Part shown: positions 50,756 to 63,837 of the stretch, in pieces
Numbering within the stretch: position 1 is the stretch's first letter
How the letters are laid out: each line of letters opens with the position of its first letter
NCBI GenBank assembly: GCA_976551045.1
Contig: CDPCPM010000026.1
Location: 8,432,001-8,496,000, forward strand
Origin: Glaucostegus cemiculus
Taxonomy: Eukaryota
Reading direction: 5' to 3'
DNA length: 64,000 nt
Position numbers and translations under genes: made by a program
Notes under the pieces: generated by a model
Seen by the model: the letters and a program-made list of their open reading frames with translations, nothing else
Told to the model about the DNA's origin: nothing
Databases searched by the model: none

Positions 50756-50965
50756 GAATCATAGAATTGTCCAGCACAGAAATGGGCCCATTCAATCCAC
50801 CTGTTTCATATTTCCCATGATGCCTATCTACACTAATCCCATTTGCCTGCATTAGGTCCACATCCCTCCATGACTTTCCTATCTAAATCCATGTCCAAAT
50901 TCCTTTTAAATGTTGTAATTATATCTGTCTCTACCACTCCTTTGGCAGCTCATTTGAGATAACTT
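50755..50965 (-). mobile_element. CR1 LINE 3'-end fragment
   Basis: atcatagaattgtccagcacagaaatgggcccattc...atcccatttgcctgcattaggtccacatccctc...tttggcagctcatt. Confidence 0.7.
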
Positions 50966-50994
50966 GGTTTATGAGGGTAATGAGTACTGGAATT

Positions 50995-51535
50995 CCTCTG
51001 ACACTTCTCCTTCATAGGCCTGCTTGAGGATGACTTGCTCCCACTCCAGCCTTGTGGTTGATGAGGTGACTGATGAAGCCATCGCGAGACCCTCAAACTC
51101 AGCTATTGGTAGGAGAGGAGGTGTTTGAGAGGTGGGTGGATTGTTTGCAATGTTGTGTTCTTCTTCCAAAGTTTGTGTTAAATTATGGAGACACAAAGTT
51201 CAATCCATTCTCAGATGCTGTTTCTCCATTTTAGGCAGTCATGGGACAGGGATTCCTGTAAGTCAGTGAAGGAGTTACAACTTTCAAGGAGAATTGGAGA
51301 AGGTTCTTGATATGCTTTCTCTGTCCTCTCGGAAATCTTTTCTCTCTGATAGAGTGATGTGTCTGTTTAGGAAGCCTGGTATTGGGCATGTGGACTGTGT
51401 GCCTCACCCATCAGAGCTGGTTCAGCATGATTAGAGCCTTGATGCTGCAGAGATTGGCCTGGAAGAGGAGGTTGACATGGATTCACCGACCCTGCCAATA
51501 GATTTGTAGCATTTTGCAGAGACAGCATTGGTGGC
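50995..51535 (-). mobile_element. RTE-type LINE 3' fragment
   Basis: gaggatgacttgctcccactc...gaggtgactgatgaagcc; gaagcctggtattgggcatgtggactgtgtgcctcacccatcagagctgg is the reverse of a decayed QLRWxGHVxRM..RLP motif. Confidence 0.6.
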
Positions 51536-52289
51536 AAGAACATTTATTTTGGTGAATATAAAGTACATGTTTAAAACTTGAAGTCCTGCTTTTCTCAATC
51601 ACCTTATTTGGCAATGTTTCTTTATACAAGGAAGGTTGTTGTACAATGATTATTAATGTACTTTAAAGATATATTTAGTGATTAGCAATGTGTTTTAATT
51701 ATTAACCAGTTTGAAATCAAGATGCTTTCCTATATTTTCTGCAGGTTACTCTGTAATCTCACCACAAACCAGTTTGCTGAGTCCTATTCTGACAGGGTGT
51801 GTGTTTATTAATTAATCTACTTGTCTCACATGGTCCTGTTTTACTTGGTGCATTCTGCTTTCATTTTCATTTCAATGTTACAAGAAAAAAATCAGATTGT
51901 ATAGTTTTACAAACATATTGGCTTAACCAAAATATTGAAAACATTTCAAGAAGTTTTCTTTCACGTAACCTGGTGAAATAATAAGGCTCATGAAATTTTA
52001 CAAGTCATCTGATAGTTATTGATCTGCAGGAACATGCTCAGAATAGCTGGAGAAGATTGTACAGTACTTTATCCCAAAGATAATGGGAACTAAATTGGAT
52101 AGTACTAGCATACACCTGCTAGAATCATGATGCACAATTAACTGGTGTCTTTTCAACTTGGTCCAGGCATCACACAACATTCAACTGCCTGCTGATTACA
52201 ATGAGTTTGGCAATCCACCAATTCTCTTTGTGGTATTGATGGCATATCACCAGATTTGTTCAAGCTAGGCTGGACCTATTAAAGTAAAG

Positions 52290-52525
52290 TCATAGAACAA
52301 TACAGCATGGATACAGGCCCTTCGGCCCAATGAGTCCATGCCTACCATGGCGCACACCCAGCTAGTCCCAATTTCCTGCATTCAGCCCATATCCCACTAA
52401 GCCCCGCCCCTCCATGTACCTATCCAAGTGCTTCTTCAAAGATACTATTGCACCTGCCTCAACTACTTCCTCTGGCAGCTCTTTCCATGTACTCACCACC
52501 CCCTGAGTGAAAAAGTTGCCCAACA
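52290..52525 (-). mobile_element. CR1 LINE 3'-end fragment
   Basis: catagaacaatacagcatggatacaggcccttcggcccaatgagtccatg...tcctctggcagctctttccatgtactcaccacc...gtgaaaaagttgccc. Confidence 0.8.
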
Positions 52526-52619
52526 ATCCCAATTGAAGACAAAAACGTCTTGGGTCCTAGACCAGGTCAAATGCTGAAGAATCTCAGCAAGGTCCTGCTT
52601 TTATTTACTTACATATTAT

Positions 52620-52870
52620 GAAAAGAAGGAGGTCACTTGATCTGTTGAGTCCACAGTGGCTCCCCACTGAACAATCCTATTTATTCCCATTCCCCCTCAC
52701 CTTATTCTTTGTGACTTTGCAACATATTCTCTCCTACATGCCCATCAAGCAGCCTTTGGATTCTTTTGCCACTTACCTACACTGAGGGGTAATTTACAGG
52801 AGCCACTTAACCTACCATAGGATGTGGGAGAACCCTGGATCACCTGGTGGAAACCCAAGCAATCATGTGC
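52620..52870 (-). mobile_element. Decayed SINE with V-domain remnant
   Basis: cctacactgaggggtaatttacag...aacctaccataggatgtgggagaaccctggatcacctggtggaaaccca. Confidence 0.5.
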
Positions 52871-53234
52871 AATCCGACAGTGGAGAAAATGTTCAGGACT
52901 TCTGCATTTGACAATGCAAGTGAAGACGTCCTGCACTTTCTTCCATTTAAATGCCAGAGATTTGAAGTTATAGGCACTCAAGATCTTGGCCCATGTTCTT
53001 AAACGTGTGACCTGAAAAGATGGTGGAAAAGATTCAGTGATGGCTAATACTTTGCAGTCGACAGCAAAGTGATAGTCCTCTGTTCTGAACTTAGGATTTC
53101 ACTTCTCATGACATTGGTTGCTCCCGGGCTGGTAACTTATTGGGCAGACCTGACATCCAGGAAGTGTGATATTATCAAGTAATCAATCACCGCAAATTAT
53201 TTTCACAGACACTAAAACAAGTATAAAGATGAAA

Positions 53235-53525
53235 AGCACAATGATGCTGGAGGAACACAGCAGGCCAGGCAGCATCCATGGAGGAAAATAGGCGGTTAAC
53301 GTTTCGGGTCAGGACCCTTCTTCAGGACTGAAGACAGGAAAAGGGGAAGCCCAATATATAGGAGGGAAAAGCAGAGCAATGATAGGTGGACAAAAGAGGG
53401 GAGGTGGGGTGGGTACAAGGTGGTGAGAGGTAGATGCAGGTAAGAGATAGTGATGGGCAGGTGCAGGAGAGGAGGGGAGAGCAGATCCACCGGGGGATGG
53501 CTCAAAGGTAAGGAGGAACAAAGGG
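53235..53525 (-). mobile_element. Penelope-like terminal repeat carrying a minimal hammerhead ribozyme motif
   Basis: gatgctggaggaacacagcaggccaggcagcatccatggagg...gtttcgggtcaggacccttcttcaggactga followed by a purine-rich segment; same layout as 9590-9900. Confidence 0.75.
53293..53330 (-). ncRNA. Minimal type I hammerhead ribozyme-like motif
   Basis: Minus strand reads CAGUC-CUGAAGA-A-GGGU(CCUG)ACCC-GAAAC-GUU-AACCG. The core and stem II are intact; stem I is partly mismatched. Confidence 0.55.
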
Positions 53526-55469
53526 GATAGAAGAAAGCACCATCTTGACAAATATTTCAAGCATTTTCAAAATGTTAAAATAAAAACGGGGATATGCATA
53601 TGAAATAGCAGCAGAAACTGAAACAGCTTCAATATCGATGAATTGGAAAGTTTGTTCTTTTGGCTTGTATGAATCAGCTAAGTCCTATTTGTTTTGTTTC
53701 TGTTGAACTATGGCCCTTGGACATACTCCCCAGCCATTTTCATGTGCATGCCTCTGGTGCCATTGTATACATTATGTGGTTCTCTATTAAGGAGAAGATG
53801 ATAAAAAATAAATAGTGCAATTAATTCTGCTGAAGTTGATTACAGCAAATGCCTTGAACATCCTAAATTCTTTTGATAAGAATCATAACTGGATGGAGGC
53901 TAAATTCATGATGTATAATTGAAAGTTTACTTGAAAATTGATTGGCTCTGACCTTAAGAGGACCATGTTATTCATTCAAATTAGCAATACGTGCACTATT
54001 TGAATGAGTGGAACAACAGGGAAAAATTCAAACATATCCTCAAAATCAATCTTTCTTAAGCCTGTTGCTGGAAACAGCACCTGGAAAGTAACTCTAATGG
54101 TCTCATTCTCTTTCAGTAAAAAAAATCATTAAACTGAAAATGCCTGTGCAAAGATAGAAAATCTTCTCATCTGTTTACATTACAAAATAAAATTTCATAC
54201 AAAATATTGTTTAGGGTAAAAGATAAATATTGAAATCTCAGCTACATTTGTGAGGGAGAGCATTTACTACCTCCCTTCAAATATCCATCTGTTTCAATAA
54301 ATACTTCGGAGATCCTGGTACATTGCAATCTGCCACACTTGTTAAGTAGCCTACAGTTATAAGGGAACAGCAAAGGCATCATGAGGATTTATGCTTGCGT
54401 GTGTGTATTTGCCTGTGAATGGCAAATTATGACTTATTTTCCATGATCAAACCTGACCAATCCTGGAGGGCTTCTTGGCAAAACATTGAGGGGGAAATGT
54501 TCAGTGCCTGCACCCAGATAGGTAATTGGAAGTTGGAAATACTGGGGAAATCTATTGTGTCGGAAGAGAGGAGCACATGTGCACTCTGCAGTGGTACCAT
54601 AAAATGTTGCTGCTGTTGACACATACGCTACCACAAACGAAAGCTACCAAATATGTTCTTATGTAGTGCTATGAAGGATGTTTAGTTTTTACAGATAAAA
54701 CTCCAAATTTAGGTATGTCAGGGTTAATTTTTGCTTGAGAGAAATAAGGCATACAATGATGATTTTGTTGTAGCATTTTGGTAAGCACTCCAAGTAATAA
54801 TCTAGCATACTGCATCTGCTGTCTCACTGGAACTCCTAAATTGCCTTTAATAAATTAAGGTTTTCTTGCTAATGGGGATGGTAGCAATCGAACAATAAAA
54901 AATGAATGCTTGAAAAAATATGAATCATAGGAATTTTAGCTTTCCCACTAACAAAGGATTGTTCCCCCTGCTTACCTACAGTAGGTGTATTTCAGGAGGA
55001 AACTGAAAGTATTATTGCTGACTCTTTCAGAATAAGCCTCCCCTGTAATTTTGATTGAGGGAGCACCTTCCACAATAGTCCAAAGTTGTACCTGCATATT
55101 AGGGTTTGAGATCAAATGCAGTTGGCAGTTAAGTGTGCATCCACCAGTTGGCACAGAATCATTGTCTGGCCTTTATGTCTGAACAATTGAAATATCTAAA
55201 ACACAATACTGAAAATTAAATTAAAAAGCACTGTAGTATCAAATGACTTTTGCTTAATTTTGGATTCAAAAAAGATTAGGAAAGATAGCTTCTGTGATGC
55301 ATATTAAACGAGATTAGGCCATAGCATCAAAGTTCCACTTGTTTTTGCATGGAAGGAATGAGCCTCTACTTGTACAATAGTTAATTTTCAGAACCAGGGA
55401 AGATTGTATTCTTGTTATTGGATGGCTGTGGTATCAACTTATGTATTGCTCTCTGGGTCTCGAGGCAGG

Positions 55470-56420
55470 CTATGGCATCTGGTATGGCTGTGTTAATGTT
55501 GGCCATGTGCCCTGGAAATAATTGGAGAGGGCAGTCTTTGACAATATGTCCTATTGTCTAACCTTTGCTGCTACGGTCAAAACTAGGACATGATTTACGT
55601 TTCCATTGGTGTAAAAGATGGCCATATCTTCCTTGCCCAATTCATGACTAATTCAAGGATGCTATATGCTATCTGAAGGTCTAGTACAGGTATAGGTTTT
55701 TTGGAATGGTGATGAAGTCTTTGTTTATGACATCACTGTTGGTCCAGTAAGACTTCCATTGTTGCTAATGATGTATCATTAGAGTCCTTCTCACTTGATT
55801 TGAGGTGAAGTTTTGGTATCTTTCGATTCTGCACTGGATCAAGTGTCACCAGTGAGCAGAGAAACAATTGTCAAAGTGGGCAATGGAGACTTCCCTTGCA
55901 TTGTCCACAGAAGTGATGTTCACAGTGTCAGGAGCCTGACAGTATCCATTGGCTTCAGTGTTCCAGTAAAAATACACAAAGCCGTACCTGGTTGCACATC
56001 CATTATCTTGGCATGGCAATTGTCTCTCCATACAGGGGCTTGGTACTCCATGGTAGAGTACACCAGTGTCAAGCTGCTTCTCAGGGTGTCTTGGTTCCTG
56101 CAGTCCATGTTTTCCTGCCAGAACCACATAACAAAAATTTTGCTTTAAGGTGAGAGAACAGTCCACCCTTCACCTAGGTACATAGTGCAGCACACCCATT
56201 CCACCCTCTCAGTGTAAAAATTGATGTTTAGCTTCTGGGCAGAGACCTCATTATTGATGTAGAATGTCATTGCTAAGGTGTTGGATAGATCTGGACCATT
56301 TCAAGTGATGGAAGTATCTCACCAAATCCTAGTGGTCTTTGGTGTAGCACTAGTTAAGGCAATGTGCAGCTAACCAAAAGTCATCAGTTTACGTGAATTT
56401 GGCTGAGGCAGTGTTAGGGA
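55470..56420 (-). mobile_element. Decayed non-LTR retrotransposon, probably I-group (Vingi/Ingi-like): RT C-terminus and zinc knuckle
   Basis: Minus frame gives TLRSSLTLVYSTMEYQAPVW...IMDVQ...IFTGTLKP; about 55525-55560 gives TIGHIVKDCPL (CCHC-knuckle end). Confidence 0.6.
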
Positions 56421-58329
56421 GGTCCTTCACTTAGATATTGAAGAGCTCATGATGTTGGGATCAAGGCCAATCTCTTTGCGGGTCAATTAGTAACCAATTC
56501 AACCCAGCTTACCAGTCCCCAAAGTTGGTATGGAATTGGATGGCAGGAATCATTGCTAAGATGAGGCTCAGTGTTCAGTGATGTTGGATGATGCACTGAA
56601 TTTTAAACATTAATTCCATCACCACACAGTGTTGTGGGTGAAAGAAATGTCAATGGAACACACTACCAGTCCTCCTCTGGCACTGGAAACTATTCAATGA
56701 AAGTCATGAGGGAAAAGGCCTGCCCAGAGCAGCTGTAGTTAGGCCTGAAATCTGTTTGATCTGCAGCAATGCCACAGCCAGAGAGGTTGATTAGCAGGTA
56801 GTAAAAGGATAGTTGGACATGACAAAGGTTAGATTTCTTTGCTGGGTTTAGTTCCTGACTACTTTGCAAATAATAGATTTAATGTATTTCTTTGGCGAAA
56901 CTGACATTGAGGTGTTGTTTTGATTAGATAATGTTAAAGTGGGGAACTTGCCCAGCAACTTCCAGTTGGCATTTGTCTGCCCATCTGCCTTTTACCTAAA
57001 TTTGCTACATCATTCACCATTAAATAAGAGCAAGCACTATTAGCTAGTATTGTGACAGCAAAGGCCAAGGAATTGACTCCAGTGCATGGATACCAACTCC
57101 TGTCAACTTCAGGCTGTTCTTGGCAATAATCTGGTGATGTAAAAGTGGCATGTATTTAAATATAGCTTTCATCAAGTTGAGTGATAATTGGTATCATGAA
57201 ATTGGATCCTAAATTATATATCATATTACTCGAGAACCACATAACATAAATGAGACAAATCTGCTCCTTTTATCCCCCTGAAAATGTATTATTTCCAATC
57301 AGGGTTCTGACTAAAATCTACATAATTAATCAAAGAGACAATAGGCAGTTTCCGAGTTTTGCTTTCAGACTGGAGAAATTGAAAATTGAGTCTGTCAGTT
57401 GTTCCTTGGAGTACACGTCATTATAATCTAATTATGTTTTCACTCCTGTCAATTTTTTTAATTTGCTTATTTTGTAGCTTTACAGGATTGCCTTTCAATC
57501 ACATTTAAAATTTAACAGAATTACTTCAAATCATTAAATAATTGCTGGCAAGCATATTGGATGGAATAATTCTCAATACATCCGAGGGATTCCTTACATG
57601 GCAGATTTGTTATATATTATGAATTTTTTTTTAACCTGCAGAGAGGTTGGAAGTTTTATTTATACATGTATTTTGGAAACTATTACTCTAAATCGGCAGT
57701 GTTTTTGATGTTATGCACCATTCCTAATTAGCAGAACTAAGAGACTGTCAAATATCCACAGGGATCAAAATAATCTCCAGCTGCTAGTCTTGAAAAGCCA
57801 AAAATATGCTGAGACATGCTCAAACGTATTGACTCTGCCTGAGAATGATGGAAGTAGCACACTGTAATCAGATTTTCCATCTTTTGTCTGGGAGCAAAAT
57901 AATTTGAAAATCCTTTGCTGCATTGCAACCAAGGTTGGTGTAACTGGCTGAACTTCTTTCCAATCAAATGATATTCCAGTGGGATAGGAAGGAAAAGAAT
58001 CACAAATTCTTCATGGGTATAATTAGCTGCACTGCTAGGTCAAAATGGCCAGCAGTAAGTTGCTTAAATACAGAAGAAAATTGGGCATTGAGTCAAAAAG
58101 GCTGCTGATTGACAGTTTCCTTTTTTGTATGATCACTCCAGACCAACATCAGAACTGCAACTTGAAACCCTGCCTGCTTTTATATCTCAATTTTCAATAA
58201 GGCCTTCCAAGAGAAGGCAGAAGTGCCCACTTTTAAATGAGTAGGTGCATTTGAGGTGGTAAGGACAGGCTCTCTAGTAAACCTTTATCAGTCATTACCA
58301 ACCCATTTACACTGTTTGACTGTACCAAA

Positions 58330-58455
58330 GGTTCTAACACAATGACTTCGACCTGAAATGTTTTTGACATTGATGCTGCTTGAATGACTGAGTATTCCCA
58401 GTAACTTCTGTTTTCATTTCAGGTTTCCACCATCTGCACTTGTTCGATTTTTGCT
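58330..58455 (+). mobile_element. Short decayed Penelope-terminal-repeat-like element
   Basis: gatgctgcttgaatgactgagtattcccagtaacttctgttttcatttcaggtttccaccatctgca is the reverse complement of the 50395 element. Confidence 0.55.
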
Positions 58456-60199
58456 AATTAATTTGACGTTCATACTTATAATAGTTTACCTTATTAAATT
58501 TTGGATCTTTGATGTTGCCCATTGAGCTTCATTTACACTGGGTGTCAATCACTATTGTAGACTGTGCAGTTGACATTGTCAGATGGTAGAAGGGAAGCTG
58601 AGGAAATAGAAAGTGGTTACACTAGACCTATTTCTCAGTCACTATTGTTTTCTGGGTTGCTGGTAATCATTTCCTATTTCTCTTAGCATCTTTGACTCTG
58701 GGGATCCATTCCTATTTCAATTCTTTAAAAGGTCACAATGAGTTTTCCAGATGAATATGCATCAACATCTTGCTTTAAGTGGAAAAAAGGAATAACCACA
58801 GGAAAAAGCCAGACAGCATTCAAGGTGCACAGTGTACTCCTCCAACCTGTCATGACTGGATGATACATTTGTACTACTGGACCAATTAAAATGCCACACA
58901 TGACAGTGAACTGGGCCACCTGACCTGCAGATCTCTGCCACAATAGGCACTGCACTGCAAGGGATTGTGAAAATTATATCCCTTTCAACTTTTATTGCAG
59001 ATTGTAACTGGCAATATCTGGACACAAATAATATTAACCTATTGCTAAAAAGTTTTTTGGCATAACAAAGCAATTCGTACATTTCTTCTCGGATGGTTTG
59101 CAACAGCACAACCGAACACGGTAATTTTCCAGAGTATATTACTTTCCAAAGTCCATGGAGGCAGATGATGCACATCTGAAGCTGCTGACACTGTGCACAA
59201 TTCTGTGCACTAGAAAACACTGCTACAACAGGGCCCACCACCATGGAGGCATGACACAAGTTCTTGGATAGGTCTTTGAATTTACAAAATCGGGTTAGGG
59301 TCATGATAATGTGACCACCCTCTACGCAACTTTACCTTGGAGTCAGCCCTCAAGAGGGAAGTAACAAAGGATTGTAGAAAGGTGACAAACTATTGGGAAA
59401 ACAGAAGGCAAACACTTGCTTCTAATTTGATACTGATATTGTCCTGATGTATGGCCATTGTTTGAGTTCTGTAGTAGAGTCTACAGCTTCTTTCCTGCAG
59501 ATACATCTTGTTCATAGCTGCCTCTTTGGTTACATAGTTTCTCCTTGTTCCCTCTTCAAACCACCTTGGACAATTTTGAGGATGTGCCACGTCAAGTTTC
59601 TAACTCATCTATAATGACACTTCAAGTACAATTGGTAAAAATGGAGGAAAAGTTGTTTCTGGTAACATTGCTCCATTGATTTATTTTTTACCCCGTGGTT
59701 GCTGCACAAATGTTCCATTTTACATCCTGTGGCATGATTATTGCTTTTTACAAAGCCAAGTAATGCACCATGTCATTATTATTTTGTACAGCTCTACCCC
59801 TACACCCAGTCCATGGTTCGACTGAGCAGTAGACTGTTAGCCTTAGGCTCCTGTGTGATGTTGGAGATTTTGGCAGATGCTGAATTGCAGTAATTGTGGG
59901 GGTGCTTTATAGGTAAGTGGCTATACTTCATATTGGCAGCATGTAGTATTGATTTCCGTGAGTGCATCCAGCATTGGGTCCTGAAGCATGTGCTCCATGC
60001 CTTATTTTTATAACGTAGGTGACCAGCACCTGCTTGAACCACAGGCAACAGACCAGCTTCTGTTTGTCCTTGCTCACCATGGAAGGCCACTTATGTACCC
60101 TTCTTGACTGTAACATTAGGGAATGAAGAGGCCATGTAGTACCAAAGAAACTCTTTGCAGGCACAGGTGAATGAAAAGCAGATAAATACATCATTTTAT

Positions 60200-60510
60200 A
60201 GAGTCATAAAATTATACAGCATGAACACAAGCCCTTCAGCCCAACTTGTCCATGCTGACTAAATTGTTTACCTGAGCTAATTCCAGTTTCCTGTGTCTGG
60301 CCCATATCCCTCTAAATCTTTCCTATCCATGTACCTGTCTGAATGTCTTTTAAACGTTGTACCTGTACCCACCTTTACAGCTTCCTCTGGCAACTCATTT
60401 CATATACCCACCACTCTCTGTGTGAAAAGGTTGCCCCTCAGGTCCATTTTAAAATCATTCCCCCCTCACTTTAAACCAATGCATTCTAGCTTTGGACTCC
60501 CCTACCATAC
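60200..60510 (-). mobile_element. CR1 LINE 3'-end fragment
   Basis: tagagtcataaaattatacagcatgaacacaagcccttcagcccaacttgtccatgctgac...ttcctctggcaactcatttcatatacccaccactctctgtgtgaaaaggttgcccctcagg. Confidence 0.8.
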
Positions 60511-60754
60511 CGTATCAATAAACAACTAGGAGCAAGAAAGTTAGAAGAAAGGCATTCTTAGTAATTTTAGTGTTGTGATATTCAATAAAATAATAAATGT
60601 ATTCCTTATAAATAATTTTGATTTTATATATAAAGAGAAGTAGGCTGTATGGAGCTTTGTTTTGAGGATGCTACTAACTGGTGAGCAGGACAAGGGTACT
60701 AATGTGCCAAGGTTGACCAGGTTTCACATGGATGATTGGTGCTGAAAGGAAATT

Positions 60755-61140
60755 TTAGATTGACCTCAGGAATCCCGCAAAAGTTTTTTTTTCGCCATGA
60801 AGTACTTCCGAGGTGCAGTTAGTGTGATGTAGTAAACATGAAAGACAGTTTGTATACAACAAGCTTCCATCCACAGCTGTGTTATAGTGAGTTGATAGTT
60901 TGCTTTGTGTGTTGGTGGAAAGATGAATATTGACCACAACAGGGACAACTCCTCTGCTCTACTTCTGTATAGTGAAATGAGACCTTTTCTATCCATTCCA
61001 AGAGCAGGTAGATCTCAATTCAATGCCTCATGCAGAGGCCAGCACCTCTAACTCTCCTATTGTAGCAACATCAGCCAAGATTTTTGTGATCATACTTCTG
61101 GAGTGGGATTTAAAGCTATGAAATTTTGAGGTAAAAGTGC
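60755..61140 (-). mobile_element. DeuSINE, old copy
   Basis: Reverse-complement Deu domain: gacctcagga...catgaagtactt...gatgaatattgaccacaacagggacaactcctctgctctacttc; tRNA-like head gagtgggatttaaagctatga. Confidence 0.65.
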
Positions 61141-61637
61141 TATTGACAGAATTGTGAAGAAGGGTAAAGATTGATGCAGGATAAATATCAGCTTGAAAAC
61201 CAAAGACTAAAACAGCAATTATAAATTTGAACTTTTTGGATTGGAAAGATATTGCAGTTGCAGTATCCCCAAAAGGTTTGTCTTCTGATAACTTATTATT
61301 TTTCTGTATATAACATGAACCAGATGAACAGAGATATAAGTCTGTAGGCTACAGGGAATTGGGTGACAAACATATTTCAATCTGAATGTGTGAAATAGAC
61401 TTAAGGGAATAAGTAATCAATAGAATGTGTTAAGTGTAACAACTGTAAAACATGTTGCTCCTGAAAAGGTCGAGGGATTGGATCGTATAAACATAAACCA
61501 TCAGCACAACATATTAACGGGAAAGAAGGCGAATGAAGAACTGGTTTGTAAAAATCAAGAAAATTTGAGAAGATTATTAAAGGAAGCTGATTCCATGAGA
61601 TATTCCAGATCTAATCACTGTTCTTCAAAAGGTGTTG

Positions 61638-62502
61638 GGAGGCCAAGGACCCATAAACTCAGTTGTTTACTGCACAGGATAGTTGTTCCTGCCTCTGTTT
61701 ATTCTATGGAGATTAAGTTCGAGCAATCATGGTGAGTAATCACTTTCTCTCTTGTTGATAGAAGGCTGCTCCCTCCAGGTTCAATGTCTCTTACATTCAT
61801 ATAAGTAAAGTTAGAAGTGAACTTTGGAATAAAACTGTAAACAAGTGAAACCTTTCTGCCCAAAGTTGTGGAGTAAGTTAACATGGAAGACAATAAGTGT
61901 TGATAGAATTGAGATGAAGAGACAACTGGATGTGTTTTCACTGAGAGGAAATGAAGGCAATGGGCAACCTATCAATAAAGAATGGGCTTACATAATGTTT
62001 CCGAGAATTCTTTGGCCATGTTTTACCCTCATTGTCAAAATAATAATTTGCCACTGATCTTGATGAAAGCCTCCCTCAAAGATCCTTTTTCTCCTATGCC
62101 TATTCTAGCAGCCATCAACTTAATAGGGATCCCTGGCCCCTGTCAGGTTGATATCTTCAAACAGGCTGACTACCAAACTGCATGAAACTATTCTGGAAGA
62201 AATCATATCAGGAAGCAATAGATATAATTTTCAATTCACATTTTAATAATTACATGGAGTGCAAAATCAATATTGAAACATACAGATGTGATTTAAAAAA
62301 AAATTGGAAAATAATTTATAAAACATGACTAAATTACATTAAGAGGCCCAAAGAACTTCAGAAAAATGCTTGCCATGGCTTGGAGGCCAATAACCCATAA
62401 ACTCAATTGTTTATTACACAGGGTAGTTGTTCCTGCTTCTATTTGCTCTCTGGAGATTAGATTAAGGCAATGATGATGAGTAATCACTTTCTTCCTTGTG
62501 AT
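61638..62502 (+). repeat. Diverged direct repeat of about 120 bp (61638-61759 and 62382-62502)
   Basis: ggaggccaaggacccataaactcagttgtttactgcacaggatagttgttcctgcctct...gagtaatcactttct versus ggaggccaataacccataaactcaattgtttattacacagggtagttgttcctgcttct...gagtaatcactttct. Confidence 0.85.
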
Positions 62503-63837
62503 GAGTTTCTTCCTAATTGAAGATTAAATGATAAAGGAAAAGACCTTTATTTCTAATGTCCCAAACCAATGTCACTTTCAGTGATACTCAATTTACAAAC
62601 TTCTTGATCAAACCTTACTGTGCAGAAGCATTGATATTACCTTCCATAGTCATCAAATTATCAAGCTCTCTTATTTAAGAGTTTTTAAATCCTATATTTT
62701 TTTATTGATCTGAGGGTTGGAGAACTTTATATTTCATATTCATATATTTCATAATTCTCTATATGGTGGTATTTTTTAAAGAATCCCAATACACTATTTA
62801 AACTGTTTGTGAATATAACTGAAAATGTGATATTCTGTCCAGTTTGAAAATTACTTAGTGAGTTCTGTGTAGCTCAGTTGTTTATAGTGGTAAGTGCTTA
62901 AGGTAAGTACAAGAAATGCAGATAAGAAGAGGGTTCATTAAAAAGATCACTTTCCCTTTATCACTTCTTCTATGAGCCAGAATAGTGATAGATAGAAACT
63001 GGCTTCTTTACCTCCTTGTGCATCGAGAGTGATGTTGAAAATGCTTTCAAGCCCACTTGTTGACAATATCGGCTGGTGCTGCAATAAACAGCCGGCACTT
63101 AGCTCATTGACACATTAGATTAACCAAGAGATACCATGATTGCTGTAATTTTAAACAGGTGAAGAAATTGATGCAGTGTTTGTGAAATGCAAAGGTGTTA
63201 AATTAATAAACACTAATGAGCTGCAAATCAATGGGGGATTAGAAAATTGTTGTCACTTGATACCATTCAGATTTCAAATACCAATTATTCCTTCCAAGTC
63301 ATTTGTTTCTGGTAAATTTGCTTGGAAGGAGACACAGATGTAGAGAAAGTGTAGAAGAAAGATTATGCTGCTTGGAGGATTTGTGAGACACTAAAGGTTG
63401 TGAATGAAAATAAGAGAATATGGACCACATAGAACAGGCAACCTTGATTGTATTTGGTTTATGTGATGCTGTTAAGTAATCACTTTACAAATTGTACTTT
63501 TTTTTACATTGATGAGTTCCCAACAGTTGAATATTGTATGAAGGAAAACACCTTTTCTGCTAATACTTCAAATTAGTGTTTCTTTCTGTGGTTCTCAGTT
63601 TTTAAAACTCCTTAATCTGACTTTCCTATACCAAAAGAATGATGCACTGCTCACAATTACTAAGACACTGTCTTTGATCTCTGTTGCTCAGGAGCTTTCA
63701 AATCCATTAATTAGTTACTGATCTGAGTTTTGAATTGTCCATTAAGATTCAGACATTCCAATGATTAAGTAATGTGTAGGTTTTTAAATGTTTGTTTAAA
63801 TTGCTTAACCTTCAGGTTTTCTTGGGTATTAACCTAC

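Noticed and set aside
58762-59304. Longest non-TOX ORF (180 aa, minus strand)
   Set aside because: No recognisable domain, biased composition and no convincing exon structure; probably chance or decayed repeat.
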